A stretch of 64,000 bases of DNA from an uncultured Pseudobdellovibrionaceae bacterium (GTDB lineage Bacteria > Pseudomonadota > Alphaproteobacteria > Micavibrionales > Micavibrionaceae). The stretch covers positions 22,600 to 86,599 of the forward strand of contig CAZBNG010000001.1 of NCBI GenBank assembly GCA_964493095.1. The letters run 5' to 3'. Numbering within the stretch: the first letter of the stretch is position 1; each line of letters begins with the position of its first letter. Of the stretch, positions 8,378 through 18,985 are shown piece by piece. The position numbers were made by a program, and so were the translations under genes. Under the pieces are notes generated by a model. That model did no database searches. It saw only the letters and a list, made by a program, of their open reading frames with translations, and was not told the DNA's origin.

Positions 8378-9727
8378 TTAAGACGCTTTCTTCTTTTGCG
8401 CCTCTGCTCTTTTCTGGGCTTTGATCTTGCGGAATTTGGCGGCCCAGCCCTTGCGAATTTCATTTTTGCTGCGCCCGACGGACAGCGCATCGGCGGGCAC
8501 GTCTTCGGTAATCGTCGAACCCGCAGCAATAAACGCACCATCGTCAATGGCAATCGGCGCAACAAGGTTAACGTTGGAACCCACCATCGCGCCCTTGCCG
8601 ATCACGGTCTGATATTTTTCAAAACCGTCATAATTCACGGTAATAGCGCCGCAGCCGAAATTGGTTTCATCGCCCATGATACAATCGCCGACATAAGCCA
8701 GATGGCTGACCTTACAGCGATCCCCAATCGTCGATTTCTTGACCTCGACGAAATTGCCAATGCGCACATCTTCGCCGATTTTCGATCCGGGGCGCAGACG
8801 GGCAAACGGCCCCACAGTCGTTCCCTTGCCGATTTTAGCCCCTTCGATATGGCTAAAGGCCTTGATCAGGACATTATTGCCAATCTGCACGCCTCCGCCA
8901 AACCACACATTGGGCTCGATCCTCACATTTTCACCGATTTTGGTATCGTGGTGGAAATACACCGTGGCGGGGTCCTGCATGCTTACGCCCTGATTTAAGA
9001 ATTTTTCGCGCAGGCGTTCCTGGTAAATCTGTTCATGCTGTGCCAGCTGCACCCGATCGTTCACACCCCAGATGTAATCAATGGAAAGCGCAAAAACCTT
9101 TGTCTGCGCACCGTCCTTTTTTGCAATTTGCGGCAGGTCGGTGAGGTAATATTCCCCTTGCGCATTTTTATTGCCGATCTGAGGCAGCCAGCGCAGCAGC
9201 TTTTCCGCCGGAATGCAGTAATTCCCGGCATTGCAGATGAAAATCTCACGCTGCTCTGGCGTGCAGTCCTTTTCCTCGACAATCGCCTCCAGCGTATCGC
9301 CCTGCCCCATAATCATGCGGCCCAGCCCTGCGGGATCGGGTGGAATGATCGCCATGACTGAAAGGCCGTTATGGGCGGCCATCTGGCGCAGCAATTCCAC
9401 GGAGGTAAACGGCTCGTCGCCCATCAGAACAAGCACGTTGCCCTTAAACCCCTCCAGCGCGGGAAGAGCGGCTTTCAAGGCATCGCCCGTACCATTTTGC
9501 TGCTTTTGAATGACGCTTTGATGCGGTTTTACCAGCTCACGCAAATTCGCCATGTTCGGCCCGGTTACCACGATAATGCGCTCGGGCGATAACTGCTCAA
9601 CCTGTTCGATCAGAATGGAAATAATCGGTTTTCCCGCAAGCTCGTGCATCACCTTGGGCAAAGGTGATTTCATGCGCGTGCCCTTACCGGCGGCGAGAAT
9701 GACGACAGCTAGCGGTTTACTCTTCAT
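8378..9727 (-). CDS. glmU: Bifunctional UDP-N-acetylglucosamine pyrophosphorylase / GlcN-1-P acetyltransferase
   Basis: It has the ILAAGKGTRMKS nucleotidyltransferase motif plus a C-terminal left-handed beta-helix with hexapeptide repeats. Confidence 0.95.
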   Translation of the reverse strand: MKSKPLAVVILAAGKGTRMKSPLPKVMHELAGKPIISILIEQVEQLSPERIIVVTGPNMANLRELVKPHQSVIQKQQNGTGDALKAALPALEGFKGNVLVLMGDEPFTSVELLRQMAAHNGLSVMAIIPPDPAGLGRMIMGQGDTLEAIVEEKDCTPEQREIFICNAGNYCIPAEKLLRWLPQIGNKNAQGEYYLTDLPQIAKKDGAQTKVFALSIDYIWGVNDRVQLAQHEQIYQERLREKFLNQGVSMQDPATVYFHHDTKIGENVRIEPNVWFGGGVQIGNNVLIKAFSHIEGAKIGKGTTVGPFARLRPGSKIGEDVRIGNFVEVKKSTIGDRCKVSHLAYVGDCIMGDETNFGCGAITVNYDGFEKYQTVIGKGAMVGSNVNLVAPIAIDDGAFIAAGSTITEDVPADALSVGRSKNEIRKGWAAKFRKIKAQKRAEAQKKKAS

Positions 9728-9768
9728 AACCCGCCTTATAACGCGCTAGCGGCGGGAAGTCGAGGATG

Positions 9769-10629
9769 TTATTCACCGGCGCGGTTTTCCGCGACATAAA
9801 ACTCATCGCCGCTTTTATATTCGACCAAATGCATGAACAGGGCCCCGTATTGGGTTTTAACCATGATTTTTACCGGAACGGCGGGACCCTCCCGCGAAAC
9901 CTTGCCCATCCAGACCGTCGGCATGGTGCCGCGTTCACGTCCTTGTTCCTGTATGGAAAGCCAGCCGCGGGGTTTTTTGGACCATCCCCCCGCGATCGGC
10001 TTAACTTCAACCGTGCACATTTCCGCAGGGCCGCCGTATATATTATAACGAGAGGGCTCAAGAACCACGCTTTTTTCCGGCCTATAGATCATCTCAAAAC
10101 GGCGTTTTCCATCAAAAACCTCCGAAGATCCTTCGCATTTTTTCCCGCTGCCCACGTTCTCCATAACGGCCAGTGTTGCCGTTAAAGCATCGGTTGTGCC
10201 TTCTGTAAGCCCCTGCTCAATATCCTTCTTATAGGGCGGCTGGTCTTTGTCGGTTACGACCAGATCCTGAAAACCACCGTTTCGGCTATAATTATATTCC
10301 TTGGTTTCTTTTTCGCCGCGCCAGACGGCCGTTGATTTATGTAACTCCGGCTGATAACTGCCGTTCTCGTTAACCCAACCGTAAGTTTCAAACGTGCCTT
10401 CCCAGGGCGCCAGTTTTCCCAGAAGACCGCGCGTCTGGGCTCCCAACACAACGTCATAGCGGCCGGATTTCCTCATATCGATATCCAGCGTGGCCTGAAC
10501 CGCATGAATCCCGCCGGCGTAAACTTCATAAACCAGCGTCTGTAAACCGGAATCAGACGCTCTCGCGGGGAAGGCCAGACCGGCATACATTGCCCCGGCC
10601 AGAACCGCGCCCGTCAAAACTTTACGCAT
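9769..10629 (-). CDS. Secreted hypothetical protein (DUF3108-like, uncertain)
   Basis: The signal peptide MRKVLTGAVLAGAMYAGLAFPARA begins at the ATG at 10629, which overlaps the upstream gene's stop by 8 nt. The family call is from memory only. Confidence 0.5.
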   Translation of the reverse strand: MRKVLTGAVLAGAMYAGLAFPARASDSGLQTLVYEVYAGGIHAVQATLDIDMRKSGRYDVVLGAQTRGLLGKLAPWEGTFETYGWVNENGSYQPELHKSTAVWRGEKETKEYNYSRNGGFQDLVVTDKDQPPYKKDIEQGLTEGTTDALTATLAVMENVGSGKKCEGSSEVFDGKRRFEMIYRPEKSVVLEPSRYNIYGGPAEMCTVEVKPIAGGWSKKPRGWLSIQEQGRERGTMPTVWMGKVSREGPAVPVKIMVKTQYGALFMHLVEYKSGDEFYVAENRAGE

Positions 10630-11581
10630 ATTGCCCCGCAAGCCGGACCAGTTCACCGCCCATGCCTTCCTTGAATGTTTTAACACCTTTAGCCGTTTCA
10701 TCATTAACCCCTCCAAGGTCCAGATCATATACCTGTCTTTCTTTCAAAATCCTTAACGCGTCCCATAATAAATAATGATGCGCATTCGCCTGCCGTCCAG
10801 CATCCGTAATCCAGCCCGCCTGATAGGTCGCACTACGCCCATGACACAGAATTAATATAGCGGCAATCGGTTCGCCGTCCAGTAATGCCCGGCCAATCAG
10901 CATATTGCCCGACGCGCCAAAACTTTGGCCTAAAGCATGCAAAAGCCGCACAGAAGGGCCGTTATAGCCGCGCTCTTTTTTGTCCGCGTCGTAGCGTTGC
11001 AAAAACCAGCGCAAGGTTTGGCCTTTTTTATCCCAATCTACAACAATGCCGAAACCCCCGGCTTTTGAAAGGGCCGCACGCCAATTTTTCTTAAGCCCGG
11101 AGCGCAGCGTTACCAGATCCGGTTTCAGGTCCAGCCAGATCGTTTCATAACCCGGGTTATTGTGACGCTTCAATCCCGTCTTACCCAACCGGGAAAGTAA
11201 GTCAGGTGTTTGAGGGCATTCAGGAATAATCCGGCGGCGGCGGCCAAAACGCCGGGGAAATTCGGCGTTAAACTGCCGCCAGAATTCTTCAATTTGATCA
11301 GGTGTGCCTTCATCATACAACCAGAGGGGGCCGCGATCTACAATTATAGCATGTAACCTGTTTCCCCAAATCCCTGCCTCCTGGGTTATAAACAATCCGG
11401 CGGGTTTATCATTGATTTCTATTATGCCCGCGCGCGCCTTTAGGCTAAAAAGCTCGCTGGTCGCCTTTGCATAATCTGTGGATTGCAAAATACTGGAACG
11501 CCTTACCTGCGCAAAAAGCTGCTCCCAGCTCTCCGAACCCAAAGCGTCCCACCTATACTTAAGATTGTACATGTAAAACAA
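10622..11581 (-). CDS. FemAB-like / GNAT-fold acyltransferase family protein (uncertain)
   Basis: The patterns LRSGLKKNWRAALSKA and ATYQAGW...ANAHHYLLWDAL...DLGG resemble the FemAB-like acetyltransferase (Acetyltransf_6) family. Confidence 0.45.
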   Translation of the reverse strand: MFYMYNLKYRWDALGSESWEQLFAQVRRSSILQSTDYAKATSELFSLKARAGIIEINDKPAGLFITQEAGIWGNRLHAIIVDRGPLWLYDEGTPDQIEEFWRQFNAEFPRRFGRRRRIIPECPQTPDLLSRLGKTGLKRHNNPGYETIWLDLKPDLVTLRSGLKKNWRAALSKAGGFGIVVDWDKKGQTLRWFLQRYDADKKERGYNGPSVRLLHALGQSFGASGNMLIGRALLDGEPIAAILILCHGRSATYQAGWITDAGRQANAHHYLLWDALRILKERQVYDLDLGGVNDETAKGVKTFKEGMGGELVRLAGQYA

Positions 11582-11623
11582 AAGATATTACACTAAAGAT
11601 TAGTTAATATGTAAAATAAAACT

Positions 11624-12298
11624 ATGGGTTACGGGGCAAGCATTGAACCCTCACAACTTTTAGCATGTTTTTTTGCTGAATGCGAAAATCATCTTGGATT
11701 TTTGCCAAGCGAACATGACTTTAGGTGCGTAAGTGGTTTAGGGCAAATTATACAAGGGCGGCAGGTCATCATGCCTTACTGCCCCGATGATTATGGGGAT
11801 ATAGCAAATTTCTGGGCCGTTATGCGTTATGAACGGGGTGATGGTACGATCGAAATAACCTACGGCGATAAAAATTTCCGGCTGGAATCGCATTTTTACA
11901 GCGGCCCGGTCGAGCGTTATGGGCTTAATGATATCCTGCAAGCCTCACAAAAACCTCCGGCCGTTATTTTACCTCTCTCGGCAGTACTCGAAATTTCCTT
12001 TCTGCAAAGCTGCATAATTACATTGGCGGAAACTTTACATGCCCATATCGATTGTTTTATAGAGCCTTCCCAGCACGTCTTAAAACGCGCCGGGCGCATT
12101 CGCCGGATGTTTCTGGAACACCGCATCAGGGAGGATTATCGCCGCGAACTGGAGGATGCTTCGCTAAAAGCAGCGCGGGCTTTCATTTTGGAAGATTACA
12201 AAGCTGTCATTTTCTGGCTACGCCCGTATCAAAAAAACCTCACCCGGACAGACAGGAAAAAATTGGAACTGGCAAAAGAACGCTTTTTGAAATACTGA
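11624..12298 (+). CDS. Hypothetical protein (224 aa)
   Basis: An ORF of intermediate GC content with no recognisable motif. Confidence 0.4.
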   Translation: MGYGASIEPSQLLACFFAECENHLGFLPSEHDFRCVSGLGQIIQGRQVIMPYCPDDYGDIANFWAVMRYERGDGTIEITYGDKNFRLESHFYSGPVERYGLNDILQASQKPPAVILPLSAVLEISFLQSCIITLAETLHAHIDCFIEPSQHVLKRAGRIRRMFLEHRIREDYRRELEDASLKAARAFILEDYKAVIFWLRPYQKNLTRTDRKKLELAKERFLKY

Positions 12299-12377
12299 GT
12301 TTTGTTGCAAAATACTTGCCCTAAAGCCTGTTTTGTGCTGAGTTTCTGGGGTTTTAACTTATAAAGCAGGAAATATC

Positions 12378-13238
12378 ATGAGCGCACAAACAGCCACACC
12401 GCTTCCCGAACTCGAAACAACTATCGATCAGGCCTGGGAAAACCGCGCACAAATTGACACCTCAACCAAGGGCGAGGTGCGTGATGCCGTGCATGAGGCC
12501 CTCAACCTGCTGGACAGCGGAGAGCGCCGCGTAGCCGAGCAAACGGAAGGCGGCTGGCAGGTCAATCAATGGCTGAAAAAAGCGGTTTTACTGTCTTTCC
12601 GTCTCAAACCCATGAAGCAGATTGCCGGCGGGCCGGGCGATGCCCACTGGTATGACAAGGTGGACAGCAAATTCGTCGGCTGGAGCGAGGAAGACTTTGC
12701 CGCCGCCGGTTTCCGCGCCGTTCCCAATTGCACCGTGCGCCATTCCGCCCATATAGCTAAAGGGGCCGTACTTATGCCCTGTTTTATCAATGTCGGCGCT
12801 TATGTGGATGAAGGCACAATGATCGACACATGGTCAACCGTGGGGTCCTGCGCGCAAGTGGGGAAAAACTGCCATATTTCCGGCGGCGTGGGACTTGGTG
12901 GCGTGCTGGAGCCGCTTCAGGCCGAACCGGTAATCATCGAAGATAACTGCTTTATCGGGGCACGCAGCGAAATCGCCGAGGGTGTGATCGTGGAAACCGG
13001 GGCGGTTATCTCCATGGGCGTGTTTATCGGCGCTTCCACCAAGATTATCGACCGGGAAACCGGAGAAATCTTCCGTGGCCGCGTACCGGCGTATTCCGTT
13101 GTTGTGCCCGGCACCCTGCCCGGCAAAGCGCTGCCTGATGGCAAGCCGGGCCCTAATCTCGCCTGCGCCGTCATAGTAAAGCGCGTGGATGAGCAAACGC
13201 GCTCCAAAACCAGCGTGAACGAGCTTTTGCGCGATTAA
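12378..13238 (+). CDS. dapD: 2,3,4,5-tetrahydropyridine-2,6-dicarboxylate N-succinyltransferase
   Basis: It has a typical DapD N-terminal helical domain and a hexapeptide-repeat beta-helix ([33 protein letters not shown]). Confidence 0.92.
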   Translation: MSAQTATPLPELETTIDQAWENRAQIDTSTKGEVRDAVHEALNLLDSGERRVAEQTEGGWQVNQWLKKAVLLSFRLKPMKQIAGGPGDAHWYDKVDSKFVGWSEEDFAAAGFRAVPNCTVRHSAHIAKGAVLMPCFINVGAYVDEGTMIDTWSTVGSCAQVGKNCHISGGVGLGGVLEPLQAEPVIIEDNCFIGARSEIAEGVIVETGAVISMGVFIGASTKIIDRETGEIFRGRVPAYSVVVPGTLPGKALPDGKPGPNLACAVIVKRVDEQTRSKTSVNELLRD

Positions 13239-13332
13239 CAACTTTTGCGTGTTTTTTCATAATTTTTTGTTGTTTCTAGCCGCGAATCCATGCTAGAACC
13301 CCCGCACTATCTGCGTAAACGGGGAAGATTCT

Positions 13333-14790
13333 ATGCAATATGCCAAACAACCTTCATCCTTGCTTAAAAGCTATCGAGCAGCTCTTGGTCCGACAGGATT
13401 TCCGGAAACTCTGGACGAAAAACGCCTTCGCTACCGACTTTACTACGATCAGCAGATTTCTTACATACGGGAATATTTTAAACTTAAAGGCTTCCCTGTT
13501 GCTGACATCATTTTGGATGTTTTACTTGAGCGCAAAGGAACAAAGCTTCGAAAGGATGATTACACCCCCGATTACGGCCATGAAATCGACCAACTCCTCG
13601 CCCGCATAAGCGCCATTGAAGCCGGCATTGAAAACGGCACAATTAATCTGGAAGAAATCGAGGCAGAACATGGATCCATAGAATCCATGTTTATTGCCGT
13701 TCTGGTACATGACCTTGGCGAAGATTTTGGTTTGATGCCCCAAGATCTGGAGGATCTAATACATTCACGCTTGGTAAGACGCTCAGATATAAAGCCACAG
13801 GCACATTTTGAAACTATAATTTCGCGGGCAGGGCAAAGCATGGAGCGCCTGACGCATGACCGCCACTACACCATTGCAGAGTTTCAGAAGCAATTCGGGC
13901 AAAACCTTGAAATCCCCATTCCACAGGGAGACGAGAAAAGAAGCCTTAACGATGATATTAAGGACATGCTTTGGGAGCAAATGGATGTTCTTCCTGATCA
14001 TGGCCGTGAAAATTTCCAGGCTTTTGTGAGAATCCATCCAAAAACCGGTCAACCAAGAATTACAGTCACACGATATAGCAGAGGTACCGAGTGGGGTGCT
14101 GAGTGGAACCTATACATGAATGTAGTTATGCGCATGGCTTATGAGGCCCTCGTGAAATTCGGCGACAGCGCCAATGGCATGACATCGCGTCTTTCCATTA
14201 AAGAATTCACAGCATTTGGCTATAGCAGGTATTTAGGGAAAAGAGTACAACTTCATGATCTGAATGATGCTACATGGCGCATGGCAGCAGCATTTGAAGA
14301 ACTGGCAAAAGATTTCGAAAGTGTTGGCGGTATGATGGGTGTCGCTTATATATTCGGCAGCATATTTGTCAATCATCATCCTGACTTTAACAAAAATGGG
14401 GAAAGCGGCTATTCCGCACAAAATCTACCGCTAGATGAGGACGGTATCATACATATCAACCCGCATGATTTCTTTGAGCGGGCGCTTCAATCCTATGTTT
14501 ACACCCCCGGCTTAAGCCACCCGATCGCCAGATTCATGCAACAGTACAAGGATGTTGTTGAGCTGCACAAAGGCGGTCCGTGGGAAGAGGATGTGACCTA
14601 TCTTTATGAACAGACCCGCGCTTGTTTGATCAAGCATTTTACTGCACGGAATGATCTTGGGTTGAATATTCAGGAGCTTATTGATAATCCTGAGAATGTT
14701 AATCCTATGCCGCAACTTCTGGAAAGACTTCGCCGTGGACACCCTAACCCTGACCCAAAAACTGATCTCGTGCCCGTCGGTTACGCCTGA
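13333..14790 (+). CDS. Hypothetical protein with an HD-phosphohydrolase-like motif (485 aa)
   Basis: EHGSIESMFIAVLVHDLGEDFG fits the H...HD..ED pattern. The ORF has visibly lower GC than the flanking dap genes. No other family signal was seen. Confidence 0.45.
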   Translation: MQYAKQPSSLLKSYRAALGPTGFPETLDEKRLRYRLYYDQQISYIREYFKLKGFPVADIILDVLLERKGTKLRKDDYTPDYGHEIDQLLARISAIEAGIENGTINLEEIEAEHGSIESMFIAVLVHDLGEDFGLMPQDLEDLIHSRLVRRSDIKPQAHFETIISRAGQSMERLTHDRHYTIAEFQKQFGQNLEIPIPQGDEKRSLNDDIKDMLWEQMDVLPDHGRENFQAFVRIHPKTGQPRITVTRYSRGTEWGAEWNLYMNVVMRMAYEALVKFGDSANGMTSRLSIKEFTAFGYSRYLGKRVQLHDLNDATWRMAAAFEELAKDFESVGGMMGVAYIFGSIFVNHHPDFNKNGESGYSAQNLPLDEDGIIHINPHDFFERALQSYVYTPGLSHPIARFMQQYKDVVELHKGGPWEEDVTYLYEQTRACLIKHFTARNDLGLNIQELIDNPENVNPMPQLLERLRRGHPNPDPKTDLVPVGYA

Positions 14791-15883
14791 CGATGCGGGG
14801 GCGCAGGTTGCGCTTGCTGAATTTCTCGAAAATCTCGGATTTACGTGCCACCATCTTACCTTTGGAGAGGGTGAGCAGAGCGTCCCGAACCTTTTCGCCC
14901 GTATCGGCAGCGGCAAAGGCCCCCATCTATGCTACGCTGGTCATACGGACGTTGTGCCGCCCGGCCCGGAAGAGGCATGGAAGCACGGGCCCTTTAACCC
15001 GGTGGTGGAAAATGGAATTTTATATGGCCGCGGCGCGAGCGATATGAAGGGCTCCGTCGCCGCTTTCGCCTGCGCCGCCGCGTCTTACATTGCCAAACAC
15101 GGAACCCCCGAAAACGGTTCTATCTCCCTGCTCATCACGGGAGACGAGGAAGGCCCGGCGCTAAACGGCACGGTCAAGGTTCTGGAATGGATGGAGCAAA
15201 ACGGCCACATCCCCGATGTTGCCTTAGTGGGCGAGCCGACAAACCCCGACCATCTAGGGCAGGAAATCAAGATCGGACGGCGCGGTTCGCTCTCCGGCAC
15301 GCTCACGGTAAAAGGCAAGCAGGGTCATGTCGCCTACCCACATCTGGCCGATAACCCTCTGCCGCAGCTCATCAAGATGCTGGGTGCGCTGTGCGATTAC
15401 ACCTTTGATGAAGGCACGGAATTTTTCTCCGCCACCAATCTGGAAGTCACCTCCATCGATGTCGGCAATACCGCCAGCAACGTTATCCCGGCGCAGGGCC
15501 GCGCGGTGTTTAATATCCGGTTTAACGATACATGGAGCGGCAAAACCCTAACCGCCAAGCTGCATGAAATACTCAAAGGCGTTGGCGGGGATTACGAGCT
15601 TAGCCTGCATGAAGGATCGGAGTGTTTCATCACCCGGCCCGGCCCTTGGTCGGAAATCGTAAAAAAAGCAGTCGCGGAAAAAACGGGTAAGACGCCGGCC
15701 CTAACCACCAGCGGCGGAACATCGGATGCGCGCTTTATTCACAAATACTGCCCGGTTGTGGAGTTCGGCGGGATCAACGCCAGCATTCACCAGATTGATG
15801 AAAACGCCGCCGTGGCCGACCTTGAGAACCTCACATCCATATTTGAAAGAATTATAGAGCTGCACTTTGGCGCTAACGGATAA
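14735..15883 (+). CDS. dapE: Succinyl-diaminopimelate desuccinylase
   Basis: Motifs present are LISCPSVTPDDAGA, YAGHTDVVPPG and GRGASDMKGS. The start is uncertain. The in-frame GTG at 14735 gives the usual N-terminal length; alternatives are ATG 14696 and TTG 14681. Confidence 0.9.
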   Translation: MDTLTLTQKLISCPSVTPDDAGAQVALAEFLENLGFTCHHLTFGEGEQSVPNLFARIGSGKGPHLCYAGHTDVVPPGPEEAWKHGPFNPVVENGILYGRGASDMKGSVAAFACAAASYIAKHGTPENGSISLLITGDEEGPALNGTVKVLEWMEQNGHIPDVALVGEPTNPDHLGQEIKIGRRGSLSGTLTVKGKQGHVAYPHLADNPLPQLIKMLGALCDYTFDEGTEFFSATNLEVTSIDVGNTASNVIPAQGRAVFNIRFNDTWSGKTLTAKLHEILKGVGGDYELSLHEGSECFITRPGPWSEIVKKAVAEKTGKTPALTTSGGTSDARFIHKYCPVVEFGGINASIHQIDENAAVADLENLTSIFERIIELHFGANG

Positions 15884-16589
15884 AATCCATAAACGCCTCG
15901 GCCTGCGCGTCCCCCAGGATGACCTGCTTGCGTCCGCCGGAGCTCTCCAAAGTCACGGAATTAAAGGGTATGGCGGCGCTATGGCCGCGTTTTATGCCAG
16001 TTTCAAGAATAACCTGAAGCGCTTCCGCGCGGCTGCCCAGCGCGGCGAATAAAACCGTCTGCACCTTCCCGATCGTCTTGCCGCTTTTTGTTTTAACGGG
16101 GGCGCCTTTCAAGGCACGGATACTGAAAAGACCATCATCTTTGCCTGAGGCCGGTTCTATCTGCGCGAGCAGCGCGGGATACATTTCCTCGATTTTATTG
16201 GCATCAAAGCCAATGACATAGCCGCTTTTCGAAGGGCTTATACGCAAATCGCGGTAGTTCAGGAAAACCTTTTGCTGAAGATGCAGACGGTTAAACTCCG
16301 TATAAATGCTGTTAATCGTGCCGTTTCTGGAGATAAGCACATCGCGGATTTCTCCGACAATCCTGTTCCTGTTATCGACCATCTTGCCTTTGAATATCTC
16401 TTCAAGCGTATTGTAATCGGCGGTGCGGGTCAGGTTGACACGGTTCAGTTCGGTCAGGGTCTGGATATAGCGGTTATATTCCACGCTGTCCTTCCTGTCC
16501 TGCGCAAAAGCAGGAAAGGCGGTGAGAGCGCAAAATACCGTGAAAACTGCAAAAATCCGCAGGAATATGGTCGATGTATTTATTTTCAT
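15873..16589 (-). CDS. Secreted protein with two PRC-barrel-like repeats (uncertain)
   Basis: It has the signal peptide MKINTSTIFLRIFAVFTVFCALTAFPAFA. Two segments resemble PRC-barrel repeats: GKMVDNRNRIVGEIRDVLI and GAPVKTKSGKTIGKVQTVLF. Confidence 0.45.
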   Translation of the reverse strand: MKINTSTIFLRIFAVFTVFCALTAFPAFAQDRKDSVEYNRYIQTLTELNRVNLTRTADYNTLEEIFKGKMVDNRNRIVGEIRDVLISRNGTINSIYTEFNRLHLQQKVFLNYRDLRISPSKSGYVIGFDANKIEEMYPALLAQIEPASGKDDGLFSIRALKGAPVKTKSGKTIGKVQTVLFAALGSRAEALQVILETGIKRGHSAAIPFNSVTLESSGGRKQVILGDAQAEAFMDFIR

Positions 16590-16658
16590 AATGAATTTAT
16601 AGGCGACCGGTCCGAAAATTTCAAGGATTTTCGTATAACCTATTGAAATTTAATAAAA

Positions 16659-17423
16659 TCAATAATCAATACGCATCAGGTAAAGCCCGTCCGAAGGGGC
16701 CGTCGGCCCAGCCTTGGTGCGATCCCTGGCATCCAGAACGGCGGCAACGTCATCGGGGCTCCATTTGCCTTCCCCCACCAGCACCAGCGTGCCCGCCATA
16801 TTGCGCACCTGGTGATGCAGGAAAGATTTCGCCTCGGCGGCGATAAGGATTTCCTGCCCGCCGCTGACAGCATCGCTCACAGCGGTAACATCCAGCCTGT
16901 CCAGCGTACGCAGGGGCGATTTCGCCTGGCACTGCCCGTCGCGGAAAGACGTAAAATCATGCGTACCCAGCAGGCGCTGCGCCGCCTCGTGCATGGCCGC
17001 CGTATCAAGGGGGCGCTTTACATGCCACGCCAGCCCCTTATCCAGCGTAAGCAGCCCCGTACGGTTGATAATGCGGTAATGATAGAGTTTGTTCTTCGCA
17101 TCAAAGCGCGCCTGAAAATCGTCATGCACCACTTCGGTTTTTACAATCGCCACAGGCGCCGGGCGCAAATGCGCGTTGATCGCTTTGGTGATTTCAAAGG
17201 GCTCCATAGGCCGTGAAAAATCCTCCAGATCCACATGCGCCACTTGCCCGCGCGCATGCACGCCCGCATCTGTGCGCCCCGCGGCATGCACCGTGACCTG
17301 CTGCTGGCAAAACCCGGCAATCGCCTCCTCAACGACCTGCTGGACGCTAATCATATGGTCCTGCCGCTGCCACCCGGCGTACCCCGCCCCGTGATATTCA
17401 ATTGTCAGCTTGTAACGTGTCAT
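16659..17423 (-). CDS. truA: tRNA pseudouridine(38-40) synthase
   Basis: Motifs present are [18 protein letters not shown] and the catalytic [15 protein letters not shown]. Confidence 0.93.
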   Translation of the reverse strand: MTRYKLTIEYHGAGYAGWQRQDHMISVQQVVEEAIAGFCQQQVTVHAAGRTDAGVHARGQVAHVDLEDFSRPMEPFEITKAINAHLRPAPVAIVKTEVVHDDFQARFDAKNKLYHYRIINRTGLLTLDKGLAWHVKRPLDTAAMHEAAQRLLGTHDFTSFRDGQCQAKSPLRTLDRLDVTAVSDAVSGGQEILIAAEAKSFLHHQVRNMAGTLVLVGEGKWSPDDVAAVLDARDRTKAGPTAPSDGLYLMRIDY

Positions 17424-18325
17424 AGGCTCACATAGCCCCCGTTAAGCGCGGAAGCAAAATCCATCGGGTTTTTCCCAGCGGGCTGGAGCTTCAGAATTTG
17501 CAAAACGCTCCCGCCGCCGCAGGCAATATGCCCCTTTTTATCAAGGAACGTCCCGGGCTTTCTGTCGGTTTTTTCATCGGTCAGGAGTGCTTCCTTTATC
17601 TTGAAATCAGGCGTGTACGTCCCCGGCCATGGATTGAGCGCACGGATCTGGCGGTCGATTTCCGCGGCGGGTTTACTCCAGTCTATAAGGCCGTCTTCCT
17701 TTTTCAGCATAGAGGCATAAGTGGAAAGGCTGTTGTCTTGCACCTCAGCTTTTAACGCCTCAATATTTTCGAGCACCTTTAAAATTAGCTCCGCACCCTG
17801 TACCGCAAGCTGGTCATGCAGCATTGAAGATGTTGTGTTGGGCGTAATGGGCACCGTGGTTTTGGCAATCATCGGCCCGGTATCAAGCCCTTCTTCCATC
17901 TGCATGATAGTAACGCCGCTTTCCGCATCACCCGCCCAGATCGCGTACTGGATCGGCGCCGCCCCGCGCCAGCGCGGCAGGAGCGAGGCATGAATGTTCA
18001 GGCATCCGTAGCGGGGCGCCTCCAGCGCCGCCGGTGGTAAAATCAGGCCATACGCGGCCACGACCGCCACATCGGCATTCAACGCTTTAAATTCCTCCAG
18101 CGCTTCGCCCTTCTTCAGGCTTTGCGGGGTATAAACGGGAATGCCGTGCTCCCCGGCCAGTGCATGCACGGGGGAGGGAACGACCTTCTGCCCGCGTCCT
18201 TTAGGGCGTGGCGGCTGGCTGTATACCGCGATCACTTCGTGCGGGGAATCAATCAGCGCCTGCAACGCCGGGACTGCAAAATCCGGCGTGCCCATAAATA
18301 CGATTTTCAAAGGCTTGTTAACCAT
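17420..18325 (-). CDS. fmt: Methionyl-tRNA formyltransferase
   Basis: Motifs present are [13 protein letters not shown] and [17 protein letters not shown]. Confidence 0.95.
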   Translation of the reverse strand: MVNKPLKIVFMGTPDFAVPALQALIDSPHEVIAVYSQPPRPKGRGQKVVPSPVHALAGEHGIPVYTPQSLKKGEALEEFKALNADVAVVAAYGLILPPAALEAPRYGCLNIHASLLPRWRGAAPIQYAIWAGDAESGVTIMQMEEGLDTGPMIAKTTVPITPNTTSSMLHDQLAVQGAELILKVLENIEALKAEVQDNSLSTYASMLKKEDGLIDWSKPAAEIDRQIRALNPWPGTYTPDFKIKEALLTDEKTDRKPGTFLDKKGHIACGGGSVLQILKLQPAGKNPMDFASALNGGYVSL

Positions 18326-18376
18326 GAGGTTTTCCTACCACGCTCTTACGCGCAAAGTCGAGCGATAGTGAAAGTA

Positions 18377-18928
18377 TCAGAGGGCTTTCACAAGCTTCTG
18401 CGCTTTTTTCAGGATCATGTTGCGCTTCAGGCTGGAAAGGTAATCGGTAAACAAAATACCGTTCAGGTGGTCGATTTCATGCTGGACGCAGTGTGAAAGC
18501 AACCCGGAAGCTTCCATCTCCGCTTCCTTGCCGTCGTAACCCAGGTATTTGACCCGCACGATAGCCGGGCGTTCCACATCCGCGTATTGCTGGGGAATGG
18601 ACAGGCACCCCTCTTCCATTACGCTCATTTCCTCGGATGCAAAAATAACTTCCGGATTGACCATGAAAATGGGAGCCGCTTCTTCTTCCTCATCGCGGCG
18701 GGAAAGATCCATCACCAGAACCCGGTTAAGCAGATTCACCTGGTTGGCGGCAAGGCCAATGCCCGGCGCGTCGTACATGGTGGCAAGCATCCTGTCCATC
18801 TGTTTGCGGATGTCATCGTTAACCGTTTGTACGGGCTGGGCTTTTTGTTTTAAAACCGGGTCGGGGACCGTGATAATCTTGTATGTATCCATAAGCAATG
18901 AAGTAAGGGGTTTGGCGGGAAAGGTCAA
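18377..18928 (-). CDS. def: Peptide deformylase
   Basis: The three deformylase motifs GIGLAANQV, EGCLSIP and HEIDHLNG are present. Confidence 0.95.
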   Translation of the reverse strand: MTFPAKPLTSLLMDTYKIITVPDPVLKQKAQPVQTVNDDIRKQMDRMLATMYDAPGIGLAANQVNLLNRVLVMDLSRRDEEEEAAPIFMVNPEVIFASEEMSVMEEGCLSIPQQYADVERPAIVRVKYLGYDGKEAEMEASGLLSHCVQHEIDHLNGILFTDYLSSLKRNMILKKAQKLVKAL

Positions 18929-18985
18929 GAAAGCTATGCAGGATGGCGATTGAGTCCCGGGGCGCAGCTGTGGTTAAATACTCCC

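Noticed and set aside
8396..9749. Multiple plus-strand ORFs inside glmU
   Set aside because: They overlap a confidently identified gene, and no motifs were seen. They are compositional artefacts.
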